From Verrucomicrobiota bacterium (lineage in GTDB: Bacteria; Verrucomicrobiota; Verrucomicrobiia; Verrucomicrobiales; Verrucomicrobiaceae): a stretch of DNA of 49,136 nt. Position 1 is the first letter of the stretch, and every line of letters begins with the position of its first letter. The DNA is taken from positions 1 through 49,136 of the forward strand of contig JBJONJ010000452.1 of the NCBI GenBank assembly GCA_046051905.1. Direction: 5' to 3'. The notes below the pieces were generated by a model, which was not told the origin of the DNA, searched no databases, and was given only the letters and a program-made list of their open reading frames with translations. The position numbers were made by a program, and so were the translations under genes. Positions 18,765 to 28,688 of this stretch are shown piece by piece.

Positions 18765-21700
18765 TCACGGCCGCGTCACCACCTCGCTCAAATTCAAAAT
18801 GACGCTGGCGGTCACCCCATGCGCCGCCAGCTCAGCAGGCGGGATGGATGCATCCGCCGTGTAGGTGCCCAAGGCGAGGAACTGCTTCGCGGCCTCGGGC
18901 TCGGAATGGAACCTCGACAGACGTTCGACGAGTCCTTTCTTTAATACGCCGATCTCCTCGGCGGAAGGCATCCGCGCCGTCGCACGACGAAACGCCCAGG
19001 CGATGCGCTGCTCGGGCGTGGAGCCGCCTTCCTTGATCATTTTCTCTCCCAAAGCCTTCGCGGCTTCGACGAAGGTGACTTCATTGAGCAAAGAAAGCGC
19101 CTGAAGCGGTGTGTTGGTGCGGCTGCGTTTCACGGTGCAGACTTCGCGGCTGGGAGCGTCGAACATGAGCATCGTCGGCGGTGCGGCGGTGCGTTTCCAG
19201 ATGGTGTAGAAGCTGCGGCGGTACAGACCTTCGCCGCTGTCGGCTTTGTAACCGCGAAGGTCGCCGTATTTGCTGGTGTCGTCCCACACGCCGTCGGGCA
19301 TGTAGGGTTTCACGCTGGGGCCGCCGACCTTCGGCACGAGTAGTCCGGCGATGGCGAGCGCTTGATCGCGCACGACTTCACCACCAAGTCGGAAACGCGG
19401 TCCGCGGGCGAGCAGGCGGTTGTCGGGATCTTTTTCGAGCAGGTCGGGCGTGACTTTGCTGCTTTGACGATACGCGGCGCTCATGACGATGAGCTTTTGC
19501 ATCTTTTTCATGTCCCAACCGCTGCGGATGAACTCGGTGGCAAGCCAGTCGAGCAACTCGGGATGCACCGGATACTCCGCCTGCGAGCCGAGGTTCTCCG
19601 CCGTTTTGCAAATGCCGTAGCCGAAGAATTTTTCCCAGGTGCGATTGACCCACACGCGGGCCGTGAGCGGGTTCGTGGGATCGACGAGCCACTTCGCGAG
19701 ACCGAGTCGGTTCGCGGGTGCGCCTTTCGGCATCGGTGGCAGAACGGCGGGCGTGGCCATGGTGACTTTGTCGCCCGGTTTGTCGTATTCGCCGCGCTTG
19801 AGCACGAAGGTGTCACGCACGGGGCCTTCCTGCATGACCATCACGTTTGGCAGTGAGCGGTCGAAGTCGTCGTAGGCCTTCTGAGCACGAGTAAGGGCCA
19901 CATCGGCTTGTTTGAGCGGGTTTTCGACATTCGCGCGGAAGAAGGCGGCGATGTCTTTCTTCTGCTGCGGCGTGCGTTTGGCCGCAGGTGTCTCGATGGC
20001 GAGTTTGAGCGCGGGTGAAAATGGATCGCCGCTGAGCCGCACCGCGTCCGGCGGCAGGCTGGAGGCGGAAAGGCGGAAGCGACCGATGTTGTGGCCGCCG
20101 ATGGCCTCCATGCGCACGCGGAGCAGCAGCATGGCGTCCTTCTCAGGCGCGATGGGCTCCTGCAGCACAAACATGGCGCGGCGGTTTTCTTTGCGATTCG
20201 GGCCATCGACGGCCCAGGAGCCGCGTTTGCCCTTGCGCTTGCCGTCGTCGATCACGTTGGCGATCTCGTAGCCTTTTTGCGAAAAGTCGGCCTCGGCCTT
20301 TTTGAGCTTCAAAAGCTCCTGCTTGCCGTTTTTGTGCCGCACATAAACATCGAAGGCGCTGAGGGCGAAGTTGCTGTTGCTGTAGCGACCCGCACCGCCG
20401 CCGGGCAGCGAGGGATCGGTGAGGCATTCGAGGAGGAAGGCGGACGCGCCCTGCTCCGGCAGCGGGGCGTCATAGATGTACACGTCCTTTTGTGGATTCG
20501 CTCCGGTGGCAAGGTAGCTGCCATCGGGCTGCTTCACCAAAGTGGTGCCGTTTTTTGATTCAACGGTCGTCGGCGTCAGCGGTGCCCAGACGGTCTTCAT
20601 CTTGCTCAGCGTCTCCTGCGCTTTCGGTTCCCAGGCGGCGATGAGCTGCGGGAGTTGTTTCGCAAGTTCGGCGACGTGTGCTTTGACCTTTTTGAGGTCC
20701 GCGTCGAGCTGCGCGACCTTTTGCTCCTGCTCCGGCGTGGGCACGGTGGTAATGGGAAGGCTGTTGCCGCCGCTGCGGTTCGATGCGCCCTGAATGGTGC
20801 CGCTTTCCGGCACGTTGTTGAAGAAGGCGAAGAAGGAATAGAAGTCCTTCATCGAGATCGGGTCATATTTGTGATCGTGGCAGCGGCAGCAGCCCATGGT
20901 GAGACCCATCCAAGTGGCGCTGGTGGTCTCAACGCGGTCCATGATGTTCTCGATGCGCCACTCCTCGGCGATGATGCCGCCCTCGCCATTGATGCGGTGG
21001 TTGCGGTTGAAACCGGTGGCGACGATCTGATCACGTCGCGCATTCGGAATGAGATCGCCTGCGATCTGCTCGGTGGTGAACTGGTCGAAGGGTTTATTAT
21101 CGTTGAAGGCCTTGATCACCCAATCACGCCATGGCCACATCTGTCGGCTGCTGTCGGTTTGGAAGCCATTCGAATCGGCGTAGCGGGCGTAGTCCAGCCA
21201 CTGCATCGCCATGCGCTCGCCGTAGTGCTGACTGGCGAGCAGCTTGTCCACGTAGGCCTCGTATCTTTTGTCGGACCAGTCAGACAGGTCCGACAAATCG
21301 GACGGTGATGGCGGCAGCCCGGTCAAATCGAGCGCCACACGCCGCATCTGCGTCGCCGCATCGGCTGGCGGGGACATTTGGAGCTTTTCCTTCTCCAATC
21401 GGGTCGCGATGAAGCGATCCACCGGATGATCCACGCCCGTGACCTTCGGCGGCTCCAATCGCACCGGTGCGATGAAGGCCCAGTGGCCCTGATACTCGGC
21501 TCCTTCGGCGATCCACTGCTTCAAGATGGCCTTTTCGCTACTGGTGAGCGGTTTGCCGCTTTTTTCCGGCGGCATGACATCGTCGTGACCCTGCTCCAAC
21601 AGCGCACGGACGAGGAGCTGGCTCTTTTCCGGGCTGCCGGGCACCAGCGCGATGTCGCCGGACTCCGCAGGCTTCATCGCCTCCTCGCGAAGATCGAGCC

Positions 21701-21848
21701 GGAGCTCGCCCTTGCGGTGGCTGGCATCCGCGCCGTGGCAGTGGAAGCACTTCTCATTGAGGATTGGCCGCACATCGCGGTTGTATTGGATCTTCTCCGC
21801 GAGGAGCGAGGCGGGCAAAAGGAGGAGGCTAAGGAGAAACCGGAACAT
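18765..21848 (-). CDS. PVC-type cytochrome c protein (PSCyt1 + DUF1549 + DUF1553/PSD1)
   Basis: Signal peptide; YNRDVRPIL..CFHCHG; YGERMA..WLDYARYADSNG; CCRCHDHKYDP; NPLTARVWVNR; HPELLDWLA; TNTPLQALSLLN. Confidence 0.92.
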   Translation of the reverse strand: MFRFLLSLLLLPASLLAEKIQYNRDVRPILNEKCFHCHGADASHRKGELRLDLREEAMKPAESGDIALVPGSPEKSQLLVRALLEQGHDDVMPPEKSGKPLTSSEKAILKQWIAEGAEYQGHWAFIAPVRLEPPKVTGVDHPVDRFIATRLEKEKLQMSPPADAATQMRRVALDLTGLPPSPSDLSDLSDWSDKRYEAYVDKLLASQHYGERMAMQWLDYARYADSNGFQTDSSRQMWPWRDWVIKAFNDNKPFDQFTTEQIAGDLIPNARRDQIVATGFNRNHRINGEGGIIAEEWRIENIMDRVETTSATWMGLTMGCCRCHDHKYDPISMKDFYSFFAFFNNVPESGTIQGASNRSGGNSLPITTVPTPEQEQKVAQLDADLKKVKAHVAELAKQLPQLIAAWEPKAQETLSKMKTVWAPLTPTTVESKNGTTLVKQPDGSYLATGANPQKDVYIYDAPLPEQGASAFLLECLTDPSLPGGGAGRYSNSNFALSAFDVYVRHKNGKQELLKLKKAEADFSQKGYEIANVIDDGKRKGKRGSWAVDGPNRKENRRAMFVLQEPIAPEKDAMLLLRVRMEAIGGHNIGRFRLSASSLPPDAVRLSGDPFSPALKLAIETPAAKRTPQQKKDIAAFFRANVENPLKQADVALTRAQKAYDDFDRSLPNVMVMQEGPVRDTFVLKRGEYDKPGDKVTMATPAVLPPMPKGAPANRLGLAKWLVDPTNPLTARVWVNRTWEKFFGYGICKTAENLGSQAEYPVHPELLDWLATEFIRSGWDMKKMQKLIVMSAAYRQSSKVTPDLLEKDPDNRLLARGPRFRLGGEVVRDQALAIAGLLVPKVGGPSVKPYMPDGVWDDTSKYGDLRGYKADSGEGLYRRSFYTIWKRTAAPPTMLMFDAPSREVCTVKRSRTNTPLQALSLLNEVTFVEAAKALGEKMIKEGGSTPEQRIAWAFRRATARMPSAEEIGVLKKGLVERLSRFHSEPEAAKQFLALGTYTADASIPPAELAAHGVTASVILNLSEVVTRP
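21271..21306. repeat. Four tandem degenerate 9-mers inside the cytochrome CDS
   Basis: TCGGACCAG TCAGACAGG TCCGACAAA TCGGACGGT; encodes PSDLSDLSDWSD on the minus strand. Confidence 0.65.
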
Positions 21849-22301
21849 AGTGGAGGAGAGAGGACACCATACGGCCCTAGCCGACCCGGATTGGCATTTT
21901 ATTCAAGCGGTGGGTTCGATACAGTTGCCGGGGCTATGGGAGGCGGCCGAGATCTCGATTGAGACGAATATTTAACTTTGCCAAAATATCCAAATCGTGC
22001 CAAATTAATGTAATTGGCATAATTCCCATGCAATCAAGCTCGGGAGGCCTGCCATCGCCTTGTGCGCCTGAACTACCCATTTCGACGACGAGTGTGTGCC
22101 TCCCTCCTGGGGCACCAAGGGCGGCAGCTTGGCAGCGTTCAGTGGAGAGCTGGAGTAGGAGAGTGATGGCTCTTGAGCGCAGCAGCCCGTCTTCCAATTC
22201 CCCATGCCTCCGTCACTCCAACGCCTCGACAGCGTTCCTTCCATTGACGCGACTCGCGTCCGCCCCACACTACCGCCCCATTTTTGCCCCCTCCTTGCCT
22301 C

Positions 22302-23369
22302 GTGAGCCAATCGCATCCTACTGACGACCTACGCGTCGCTGAAATCCTCCCGCTGATCCAGCCTGCGCTGCTCATGCACGAGTATCCGCTGCGGGATGCT
22401 GAGGCCGCTTTCGTCGAGCAATCGCGCAAGAAGTCGGAAGCCATCTTGAATCTGCAGGACGACCGCTTGCTTGTCGTCGTCGGTCCGTGCTCGATCCACG
22501 ACACGAAGTCCGCGCTCGAATACGGCCGCCACATCATCGCTGCACGGGCGAAACATGGCGCGGATCTGGAAATCGTGATGCGCGTTTATTTTGAAAAGCC
22601 ACGCACCACGGTCGGTTGGAAGGGTTTTATCAACGACCCGCACCTTGACGGCAGTTTCGACATCAACAACGGCCTGCGCGGCGCTCGCGGCCTGCTGCTG
22701 GAGCTCACGCAGATGGGCATCCCGGCTGGCACGGAGTTCCTCGATGTCATCACGCCGCAGTACATCGCTGACGTGGTCGTCTGGGGCGCGATCGGTGCCC
22801 GCACCACGGAAAGCCAGGTACATCGCCAGCTCGCGTCCGGTTTGAGCATGCCCGTGGGCTTCAAAAACGGAACTGATGGCGGCATCCAGGTCGCTCTCGA
22901 CGCCATCGAAGCCGCCAAAGGTCAGCACAGCTTCCTCTCGGTGACCAAAGACGGCGTCGCTGCCATCGTGAACACGAAGGGCAACAACGCCTGCCACGTC
23001 ATCCTGCGTGGTGGCAAAGGCGGCACGAACTTCGACGCCGCCGCCATCAAGGCTACCTCCGAGCAACTCAGCGCCCGCGGATTGCCACCAAGCGTCATGA
23101 TTGATTGCAGCCACGGCAACAGTCTCAAAGATTACCGCAAGCAACCGCTCGTCAGCGCCTCGCTCAGCGAACAAATCGCCACCGGCAGCAAGGCCGTCAC
23201 CGGCGTGATGATCGAGAGCCACCTCGTCGAAGGCCGCCAGGACACCAAGCCCGGCGTGCCACTCACCTACGGCCAGAGTATCACCGACGCCTGCGTGAAT
23301 TGGTCAACCACCGAAACGATGTTCGACGAACTCGCCGCCGCCGTTCGCGAGCGTCGCAATAAGGCATGA
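22302..23369 (+). CDS. aroG: DAHP synthase (type I-alpha)
   Basis: VVGPCSIHD, MRVYFEKPRTTVGWKG, GAIGARTTESQVHR, MIDCSHGNS, YGQSITDAC. GTG start at 22302 assumed; the F/G/H isoform cannot be resolved. Confidence 0.9.
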   Translation: MSQSHPTDDLRVAEILPLIQPALLMHEYPLRDAEAAFVEQSRKKSEAILNLQDDRLLVVVGPCSIHDTKSALEYGRHIIAARAKHGADLEIVMRVYFEKPRTTVGWKGFINDPHLDGSFDINNGLRGARGLLLELTQMGIPAGTEFLDVITPQYIADVVVWGAIGARTTESQVHRQLASGLSMPVGFKNGTDGGIQVALDAIEAAKGQHSFLSVTKDGVAAIVNTKGNNACHVILRGGKGGTNFDAAAIKATSEQLSARGLPPSVMIDCSHGNSLKDYRKQPLVSASLSEQIATGSKAVTGVMIESHLVEGRQDTKPGVPLTYGQSITDACVNWSTTETMFDELAAAVRERRNKA

Positions 23370-24355
23370 ACTTCACCCGCAACTGCCTCGGAAGCCTCGC
23401 GAAGTGCCGCATCCTCGTCATTGGCGATGTGATGCTCGATCACTTCATCTGGGGTCATGTGCGCCGCATCTCGCCGGAGGCACCCGTGCCCATCGTCGAG
23501 GTCACGCGGGAAGAATTTTACCCCGGTGGAGCCGCGAACGTCGCCCGCAACATCTCGCCCTTCTCGCCGCACACGCACCTGATGGGCCGTGTTGGCAAAG
23601 ACAGCGCCGCCGACCGCCTGCGTGATCTTTTGATCGCCGACAAAGTCGATCCTGCGCCACTGCTCGTTCACGACACACTGCCCACGATTTCGAAAGCCCG
23701 CGTCTCCGCCCGCCAGCAGCAAATTGTCCGCGTCGATCGCGAGAAACTGCTGCCACTCACCGCCGACGAACTCGCCGAGATCGAAAAGCGTCTCCGCGCC
23801 CTCGCGCCGGATCTCGACGCCATCATTCTCGAAGACTACGGCAAAGGCTTCATGACCACCGGGCTTATGCAGCTCGTCTCAAAGATCGCCGCCGAGCACA
23901 ACCTGATCGTCACCGTCGATCCCTCGCCGCGCAATCCGCTGCCATGGAGCGGCGTCACGCTGGTGAAGCCGAACCGCCTCGAAGCCTTCGCTGCCGCCGG
24001 ACTCGAAGATCATCTCCTGCCCGGCCCGCCAGCGCAAAACTCCGAACTGCTCGAAGTCGGCCGCATCCTTCTCGAAAAGTGGGCCGTGAACAGCGTCCTC
24101 GTCACCCTCGGCGAGCACGGCATGATGCTCTTTGAGCGCGGCCAAAGCCCGCACCACATTCACACGCGTGCGCGCGAGGTTTATGATGTCTCCGGTGCCG
24201 GCGACACCGCCATCGCGCTGCTGACTTTGGCTCTCGCCGCCGGTTTCAAACTGCAAGACGCTGCCGAGATCGCCAACCACGCTAGCGGCATCGTCGTCGG
24301 CAAGCTCGGCACCGCCACCTTGACCCCGAACGAGCTTCTGACAGCCTTCTCATGA
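23366..24355 (+). CDS. hldA: Heptose-7-phosphate kinase (RfaE/HldE domain I, PfkB family)
   Basis: LVIGDVMLD..VRRISPEAPVP..GGAANVA, DYGKG, KPNRLE, VYDVSGAGDT. No fused adenylyltransferase domain. Confidence 0.88.
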   Translation: MNFTRNCLGSLAKCRILVIGDVMLDHFIWGHVRRISPEAPVPIVEVTREEFYPGGAANVARNISPFSPHTHLMGRVGKDSAADRLRDLLIADKVDPAPLLVHDTLPTISKARVSARQQQIVRVDREKLLPLTADELAEIEKRLRALAPDLDAIILEDYGKGFMTTGLMQLVSKIAAEHNLIVTVDPSPRNPLPWSGVTLVKPNRLEAFAAAGLEDHLLPGPPAQNSELLEVGRILLEKWAVNSVLVTLGEHGMMLFERGQSPHHIHTRAREVYDVSGAGDTAIALLTLALAAGFKLQDAAEIANHASGIVVGKLGTATLTPNELLTAFS

Positions 24356-24356
24356 C

Positions 24357-24935
24357 ATGAGCGACTTCTTCTCGTTTTTTCAAACGCACCTCGCTGAGCA
24401 TCAGGACGCCATCGCGAAACTCAGCGTGATGAGCGATCAAATCGCCCCGCTCGCCGAAGCGTGGCTCAGCGCACTCAAGAACGGCAAGAAGATCATCTTC
24501 TTCGGCAACGGCGGCAGCGCCGCAGATGCCCAGCACCTCGCCGCCGAGCTGGTAGTGCGCTACCGCGTCAATCGCCCTGCTCTCGCCGGTCTCGCCCTCA
24601 CGACCGACACCTCCATTCTAACCGCACACAGCAACGACTTCGGCTTCGAGACCGTCTTTTCGCGGCAAATTGAAGCTCTAGCCCAGCCTGGTGACATCGC
24701 ATTGGGCATTTCCACGAGCGGAACGAGTGCCAACATCCTCGCGGCCCTCCAAGCAGCCAACAAACGAGGTTGCGTCACCATTGCCTTCACGGGCGAAAAA
24801 GAGTCCGCGTGCTCCAAAATCGCGAAACTCAGCTTCAAAGCCCCTTCAAGCATCACCGCTCGCGTTCAAGAGTGCCACTTGCTCATCGGCCATCTGCTTT
24901 GTGATGTGGTCGAAAAAGCTTACGCCACCGCTTGA
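24357..24935 (+). CDS. gmhA: Phosphoheptose isomerase
   Basis: GNGGSAADAQHLAAELV, SNDFGFETVFSRQ, GISTSG, TARVQECH. Confidence 0.93.
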   Translation: MSDFFSFFQTHLAEHQDAIAKLSVMSDQIAPLAEAWLSALKNGKKIIFFGNGGSAADAQHLAAELVVRYRVNRPALAGLALTTDTSILTAHSNDFGFETVFSRQIEALAQPGDIALGISTSGTSANILAALQAANKRGCVTIAFTGEKESACSKIAKLSFKAPSSITARVQECHLLIGHLLCDVVEKAYATA

Positions 24936-24956
24936 GCCCTCCAAATAGCGCCCCGC

Positions 24957-25826
24957 ATGGGATTGGAACTCTTCATTCACACCTGCCAAGGAATCCTCAG
25001 GAATCCCGGCGTGAGCCCGGTGCCAGCGCTGATGCGTCATGCGCTGTGGCATGGCGTGCGGCGCTTTCTTCCACTGCCCGCGGCCATCAAGATCACCGAC
25101 CGCTCGCGTCTTTTCATCGAGCAGCGCCGCGAGATGAACGGCTGCGTGGCGCTCGTCTGGAGCCAGCGCCGCTACGACTACCACAACATGTCCTTCCTCG
25201 GTCATCTCGGAGCCAGCGGCCTCGTGCGCACCTGCTTCGACATCGGTGCGAACATTGGCATCTACTCGCTTCTCATGTCCGAGTGCCCGGAAGTTAGCGT
25301 GCATGCCTTCGAGCCGCATCCTGCCACCTTCACCACCTTGCGGCGGATGCTTGAGAAAAACGGTCGCGCCAATGTCCACGCATGGCAAATCGCTCTTTCG
25401 GATGCCGGCGGCATGCTTTCCTTCACGAACGAGGATTTCAGCCCCGTGAACAAAGCGCTCGCCGAGGGTGAAAACGCCGAAAACGCTATCCAGGTGCCTT
25501 GCGAGACCGGTGCGGCTTTTTGCGAGCGAAACCGTGTGTATCCCGATCTGCTCAAGATCGACACCGAAGGTCTCGAACCCGCCGTGCTGCGTGGTTTTGG
25601 CGCTCATCTGAGCTCTGTGAAGTTCGTCTTCGCCGAGATGAACGCCTCGACACAGGAAATGCGTGCCGTGCTGCCCGAGAGCCTTTTCGACGGCCCCTTC
25701 TATGTGGACATGCCCGCTCGTCGTCTACGCCGGGACCGCCACACTCGTGAAGACGCCGTTTTTGTGCATCACCACGCCATCGAGCCGCTAAAGAAGGCAG
25801 GCTTCACGGTCGAAGAACGCCCATGA
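24957..25826 (+). CDS. FkbM-family methyltransferase
   Basis: FDIGANIG, HAFEP, LLKIDTEGLE..VLRG. Confidence 0.88.
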   Translation: MGLELFIHTCQGILRNPGVSPVPALMRHALWHGVRRFLPLPAAIKITDRSRLFIEQRREMNGCVALVWSQRRYDYHNMSFLGHLGASGLVRTCFDIGANIGIYSLLMSECPEVSVHAFEPHPATFTTLRRMLEKNGRANVHAWQIALSDAGGMLSFTNEDFSPVNKALAEGENAENAIQVPCETGAAFCERNRVYPDLLKIDTEGLEPAVLRGFGAHLSSVKFVFAEMNASTQEMRAVLPESLFDGPFYVDMPARRLRRDRHTREDAVFVHHHAIEPLKKAGFTVEERP

Positions 25827-27124
25827 GCGCCCGCCGCTCCATCCTTCACACGCTTTCGCTCGCCACCGTGTTCCGACTCGTGCGCCTCGCGTTGAGCTTT
25901 GGCCTCACCTGCCTTCTCGCGAGGCATTTGGGCCGTTCCGGCTTCGGCGAAATCGGGGTCGCCATGGCCGTCGTCTCGATTCTCGTGTGCATCGGTGAGC
26001 TCGGCTTTGGCCGTTACACCGTTCGCGAACTTGTTCGCCTACCAGATGAGCAGGCCGACGTGCTGGGGAATACCATCCTCGCCCGCGTCATCGTCTCCAT
26101 CGTGCTCTTCACCGGCCTGATGCTCTGGATCGTGCTCGCCCAGCCGGAAGGCACGATCCTGCTCAGTGTGTATGCGCTGCAATTACTCACCCATCCCTCC
26201 ACCGAGGTGTTTGCATGGCTGGAGGCCAACGATCGCGTGCAAAGCATGGTCACCGCGCAGTTTACCGGCTTTCTCGTCAGCGCTGCGTGCATCGCAGTTG
26301 GCATTTGGATGAAGGCACCGCTTTGGTTCTTTGCCTTCACCTATGCGCTGGAGGGCTGGATCTTCATCGTGCTCTGCGGCGTGGTTTTTCGGCAAAACGG
26401 CGGACGCGTTCGTTTCGCCGCTTTTCGTTGGTCGCGAGCTTTTCAACTCATCAGCCGCTCCTGGCCGGAGCTAGCCTCACAGGCCGCGCTGCTGCTCCTT
26501 TTCCGTCTCGACATCGCGATGATCCAATGGCTACGCGGATCGGAAGAAGCCGGCGTTTACAGTGCCGCGGTGCGCGTCTCCGAAATGGCCTACTTCGTTC
26601 CCAGTGTGCTCGCCACACTCTTCCTGCCGCGCCTGATGGCCTCACGTCCAAACGAACCCGAGTATCATCGCCGGGTGGTGGACTACCTTTCCGCCTCCGT
26701 GGTGCTGGCTCTCATCGTCGCCATTGGCTTGTGGGTGGTGGCACCGCTGCTGCCGCTGGCCTTTGGCAGCGAGTATGAACGCTCCGCCGAAATGCTCCGC
26801 GTGCATGCCTGGGCCTTCATTCCCTATGCCGTCGGCGTCGCCCGCACTCAAATCCTCACGGTAGAAGACCGTCTCGCGGCCAATCTCTCGTCCGTTATCC
26901 TCGCCGTCGTCATCAATGGCACGCTGAATTTCGTCTGGATACCTGTGCATGGCGGACTCGGCGCTGCATGGGCTACGCTGGCCGCTTATACTACCGCTTG
27001 GGTGCTTGGCACCTACCTCGCGCCCGGACTGCGCAAACATGTGTCCGGCTTTCTCACCTGTGCCGTGATGGGCCTGCCACGCTTCACGCTGCTGCAAGCC
27101 CGCTCGCTGCTCCGCTCCCCCTAG
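25823..27124 (+). CDS. wzx: Wzx-type polysaccharide flippase
   Basis: Many TM segments; LARHLG..FG, EAGVYSAAVRVSE, HGGLGAAWATL. Confidence 0.85.
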   Translation: MSARRSILHTLSLATVFRLVRLALSFGLTCLLARHLGRSGFGEIGVAMAVVSILVCIGELGFGRYTVRELVRLPDEQADVLGNTILARVIVSIVLFTGLMLWIVLAQPEGTILLSVYALQLLTHPSTEVFAWLEANDRVQSMVTAQFTGFLVSAACIAVGIWMKAPLWFFAFTYALEGWIFIVLCGVVFRQNGGRVRFAAFRWSRAFQLISRSWPELASQAALLLLFRLDIAMIQWLRGSEEAGVYSAAVRVSEMAYFVPSVLATLFLPRLMASRPNEPEYHRRVVDYLSASVVLALIVAIGLWVVAPLLPLAFGSEYERSAEMLRVHAWAFIPYAVGVARTQILTVEDRLAANLSSVILAVVINGTLNFVWIPVHGGLGAAWATLAAYTTAWVLGTYLAPGLRKHVSGFLTCAVMGLPRFTLLQARSLLRSP

Positions 27125-27128
27125 TTGT

Positions 27129-28673
27129 ATGCAAGGCAAGGCTTTTGTCGTCGTCCTCTTCTTCATGGGATCGCTTTATGTGATGCTCTCTGTCCTTCTG
27201 GACATGGGGAATGCTATCGGCTCCCTCGCACAGTTCCTCTGCATCGGCTCCTTCATCCTCGGCGTCTTCCAGCCGCGCGTCACCCTCCACCTCATGGTGC
27301 TCTACGCGGCCTACAGCGATCTGCTGAAGCGCCTCATGATTCTCGACGGGCATGTGACGATGAACGACGTCATGTGGGCGCGCGGACTCGCGCCGCTCAC
27401 CCTTGCCGGCATCTGCATCGGGGCGATCTCCCAATCCATCAGCAGCGGCAGCATCCTTGAGCCGCGCAAGACCAAGACGCTCCTGCTCTGCTTCCTCGGC
27501 TTTGGCGTCTCCGCCGTCGCCTCCATGCGCTCCGGCGGCATGAACGCCGCCGCGCAACAACTCGCCGACGGGGCTGCCTACATGTTCCTGCTCTTTGTCG
27601 TGCCCTGCGTGCTGCCAAAGCCGGAGGAGATCATCCGATTCCTCAAATTCACTCTCATCATTTTCGTTCCCGTCTCGCTGTACGGCCTGAAGCAGCAATT
27701 CTTCGGCCTCAGCGATTTCGAAATCGACTATCTCCGCAGCGGCCTCACCATCCTCTCAAAGCATCTCGAGGACGTCCGTCCGCGGCCCTTCTCCACTCTG
27801 GTGGACAGCTCGCCCTTCGGCACCTCCTGCGCCGTATGTGCCTGCCTCGCGCTCATGATCCGGCGCTACCACCGGGATCATCACAGCCATGAATGGGGCC
27901 GCATGAGCTGGGTGCTCTTCGGCATCTTCGTCGCCGGCTGCCTTGCCAGCATGGCCCGCATGGCGAATGTGAACTGGGTCATCCCGCTCGCACTCCTGCC
28001 CGTGCTGCGCAGTGGCAAAGGCACCGCGGCGCTCTACGCAGGCATGCTAGGCATCTTCGCCCTCGCCTGTATCTTTGCCCAGGAGCTCAGCCGCTGGGTG
28101 ACATCGCTCACCCTGTCCACCATGGAGGTCTTCGGCGGCTCGGCCATCGGCGAGCAGTTTTCCCGCTTCTGGACCATCTGTGCCCGCCTAGACGGCATGC
28201 ATGATATCGCGCACAACCCGCTCATGTGGACCACCTTCGGCCACGGCTCGCAAGCCGCCTCCGACATGAACGAAATGAATGTCGTCCACAGTCACGACCT
28301 CGTCTCCAACATGCTCCTTGTGAACGGCTGGCTGCCAACGCTCCTCATCGCGGCCGCCGCGGGCATCGCGTTGAAGTCCTTCCACTCCAGCCTGCTGCGC
28401 ATGCGCGGCGGCAGCCTCTTCCAGATCACCATCTGGATGGCCGCCATCGAGTTTGGCCTGCTCTTCCACAACATTTTCTCCGGCAACGTGACCTCCACCT
28501 TCCCCGTGAACTTCTTCTGCTGGTTCATCGCCGGTGCCCTCAATGCCTGCGTGATGCATGGTCAGATGGCACAAAGCGAGGCCCACGAGCCGGAGCGCAC
28601 ACCGTCCACACCAGCCCGCTTTGACATCATGCCGCAGGCACTCCCACGTCCCGTGCCCCTTCGCCGCCTCTAA
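27129..28673 (+). CDS. Multi-pass membrane protein, probable Wzy polymerase / O-antigen ligase family
   Basis: About 11-12 hydrophobic segments; RPFSTL loop; late HS motif; directly follows the flippase. Confidence 0.6.
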   Translation: MQGKAFVVVLFFMGSLYVMLSVLLDMGNAIGSLAQFLCIGSFILGVFQPRVTLHLMVLYAAYSDLLKRLMILDGHVTMNDVMWARGLAPLTLAGICIGAISQSISSGSILEPRKTKTLLLCFLGFGVSAVASMRSGGMNAAAQQLADGAAYMFLLFVVPCVLPKPEEIIRFLKFTLIIFVPVSLYGLKQQFFGLSDFEIDYLRSGLTILSKHLEDVRPRPFSTLVDSSPFGTSCAVCACLALMIRRYHRDHHSHEWGRMSWVLFGIFVAGCLASMARMANVNWVIPLALLPVLRSGKGTAALYAGMLGIFALACIFAQELSRWVTSLTLSTMEVFGGSAIGEQFSRFWTICARLDGMHDIAHNPLMWTTFGHGSQAASDMNEMNVVHSHDLVSNMLLVNGWLPTLLIAAAAGIALKSFHSSLLRMRGGSLFQITIWMAAIEFGLLFHNIFSGNVTSTFPVNFFCWFIAGALNACVMHGQMAQSEAHEPERTPSTPARFDIMPQALPRPVPLRRL

Positions 28674-28688
28674 ATCCCCTCCTCCCTC

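Noticed and set aside
21905-21930. GGTTCGA T-loop-like sequence suggesting a tRNA
   Set aside because: No cloverleaf stems can be formed around it.
21959-22324. 121-aa + strand ORF upstream of aroG
   Set aside because: Ser/Pro-rich, atypical codon usage, no motif; more likely promoter and leader DNA.
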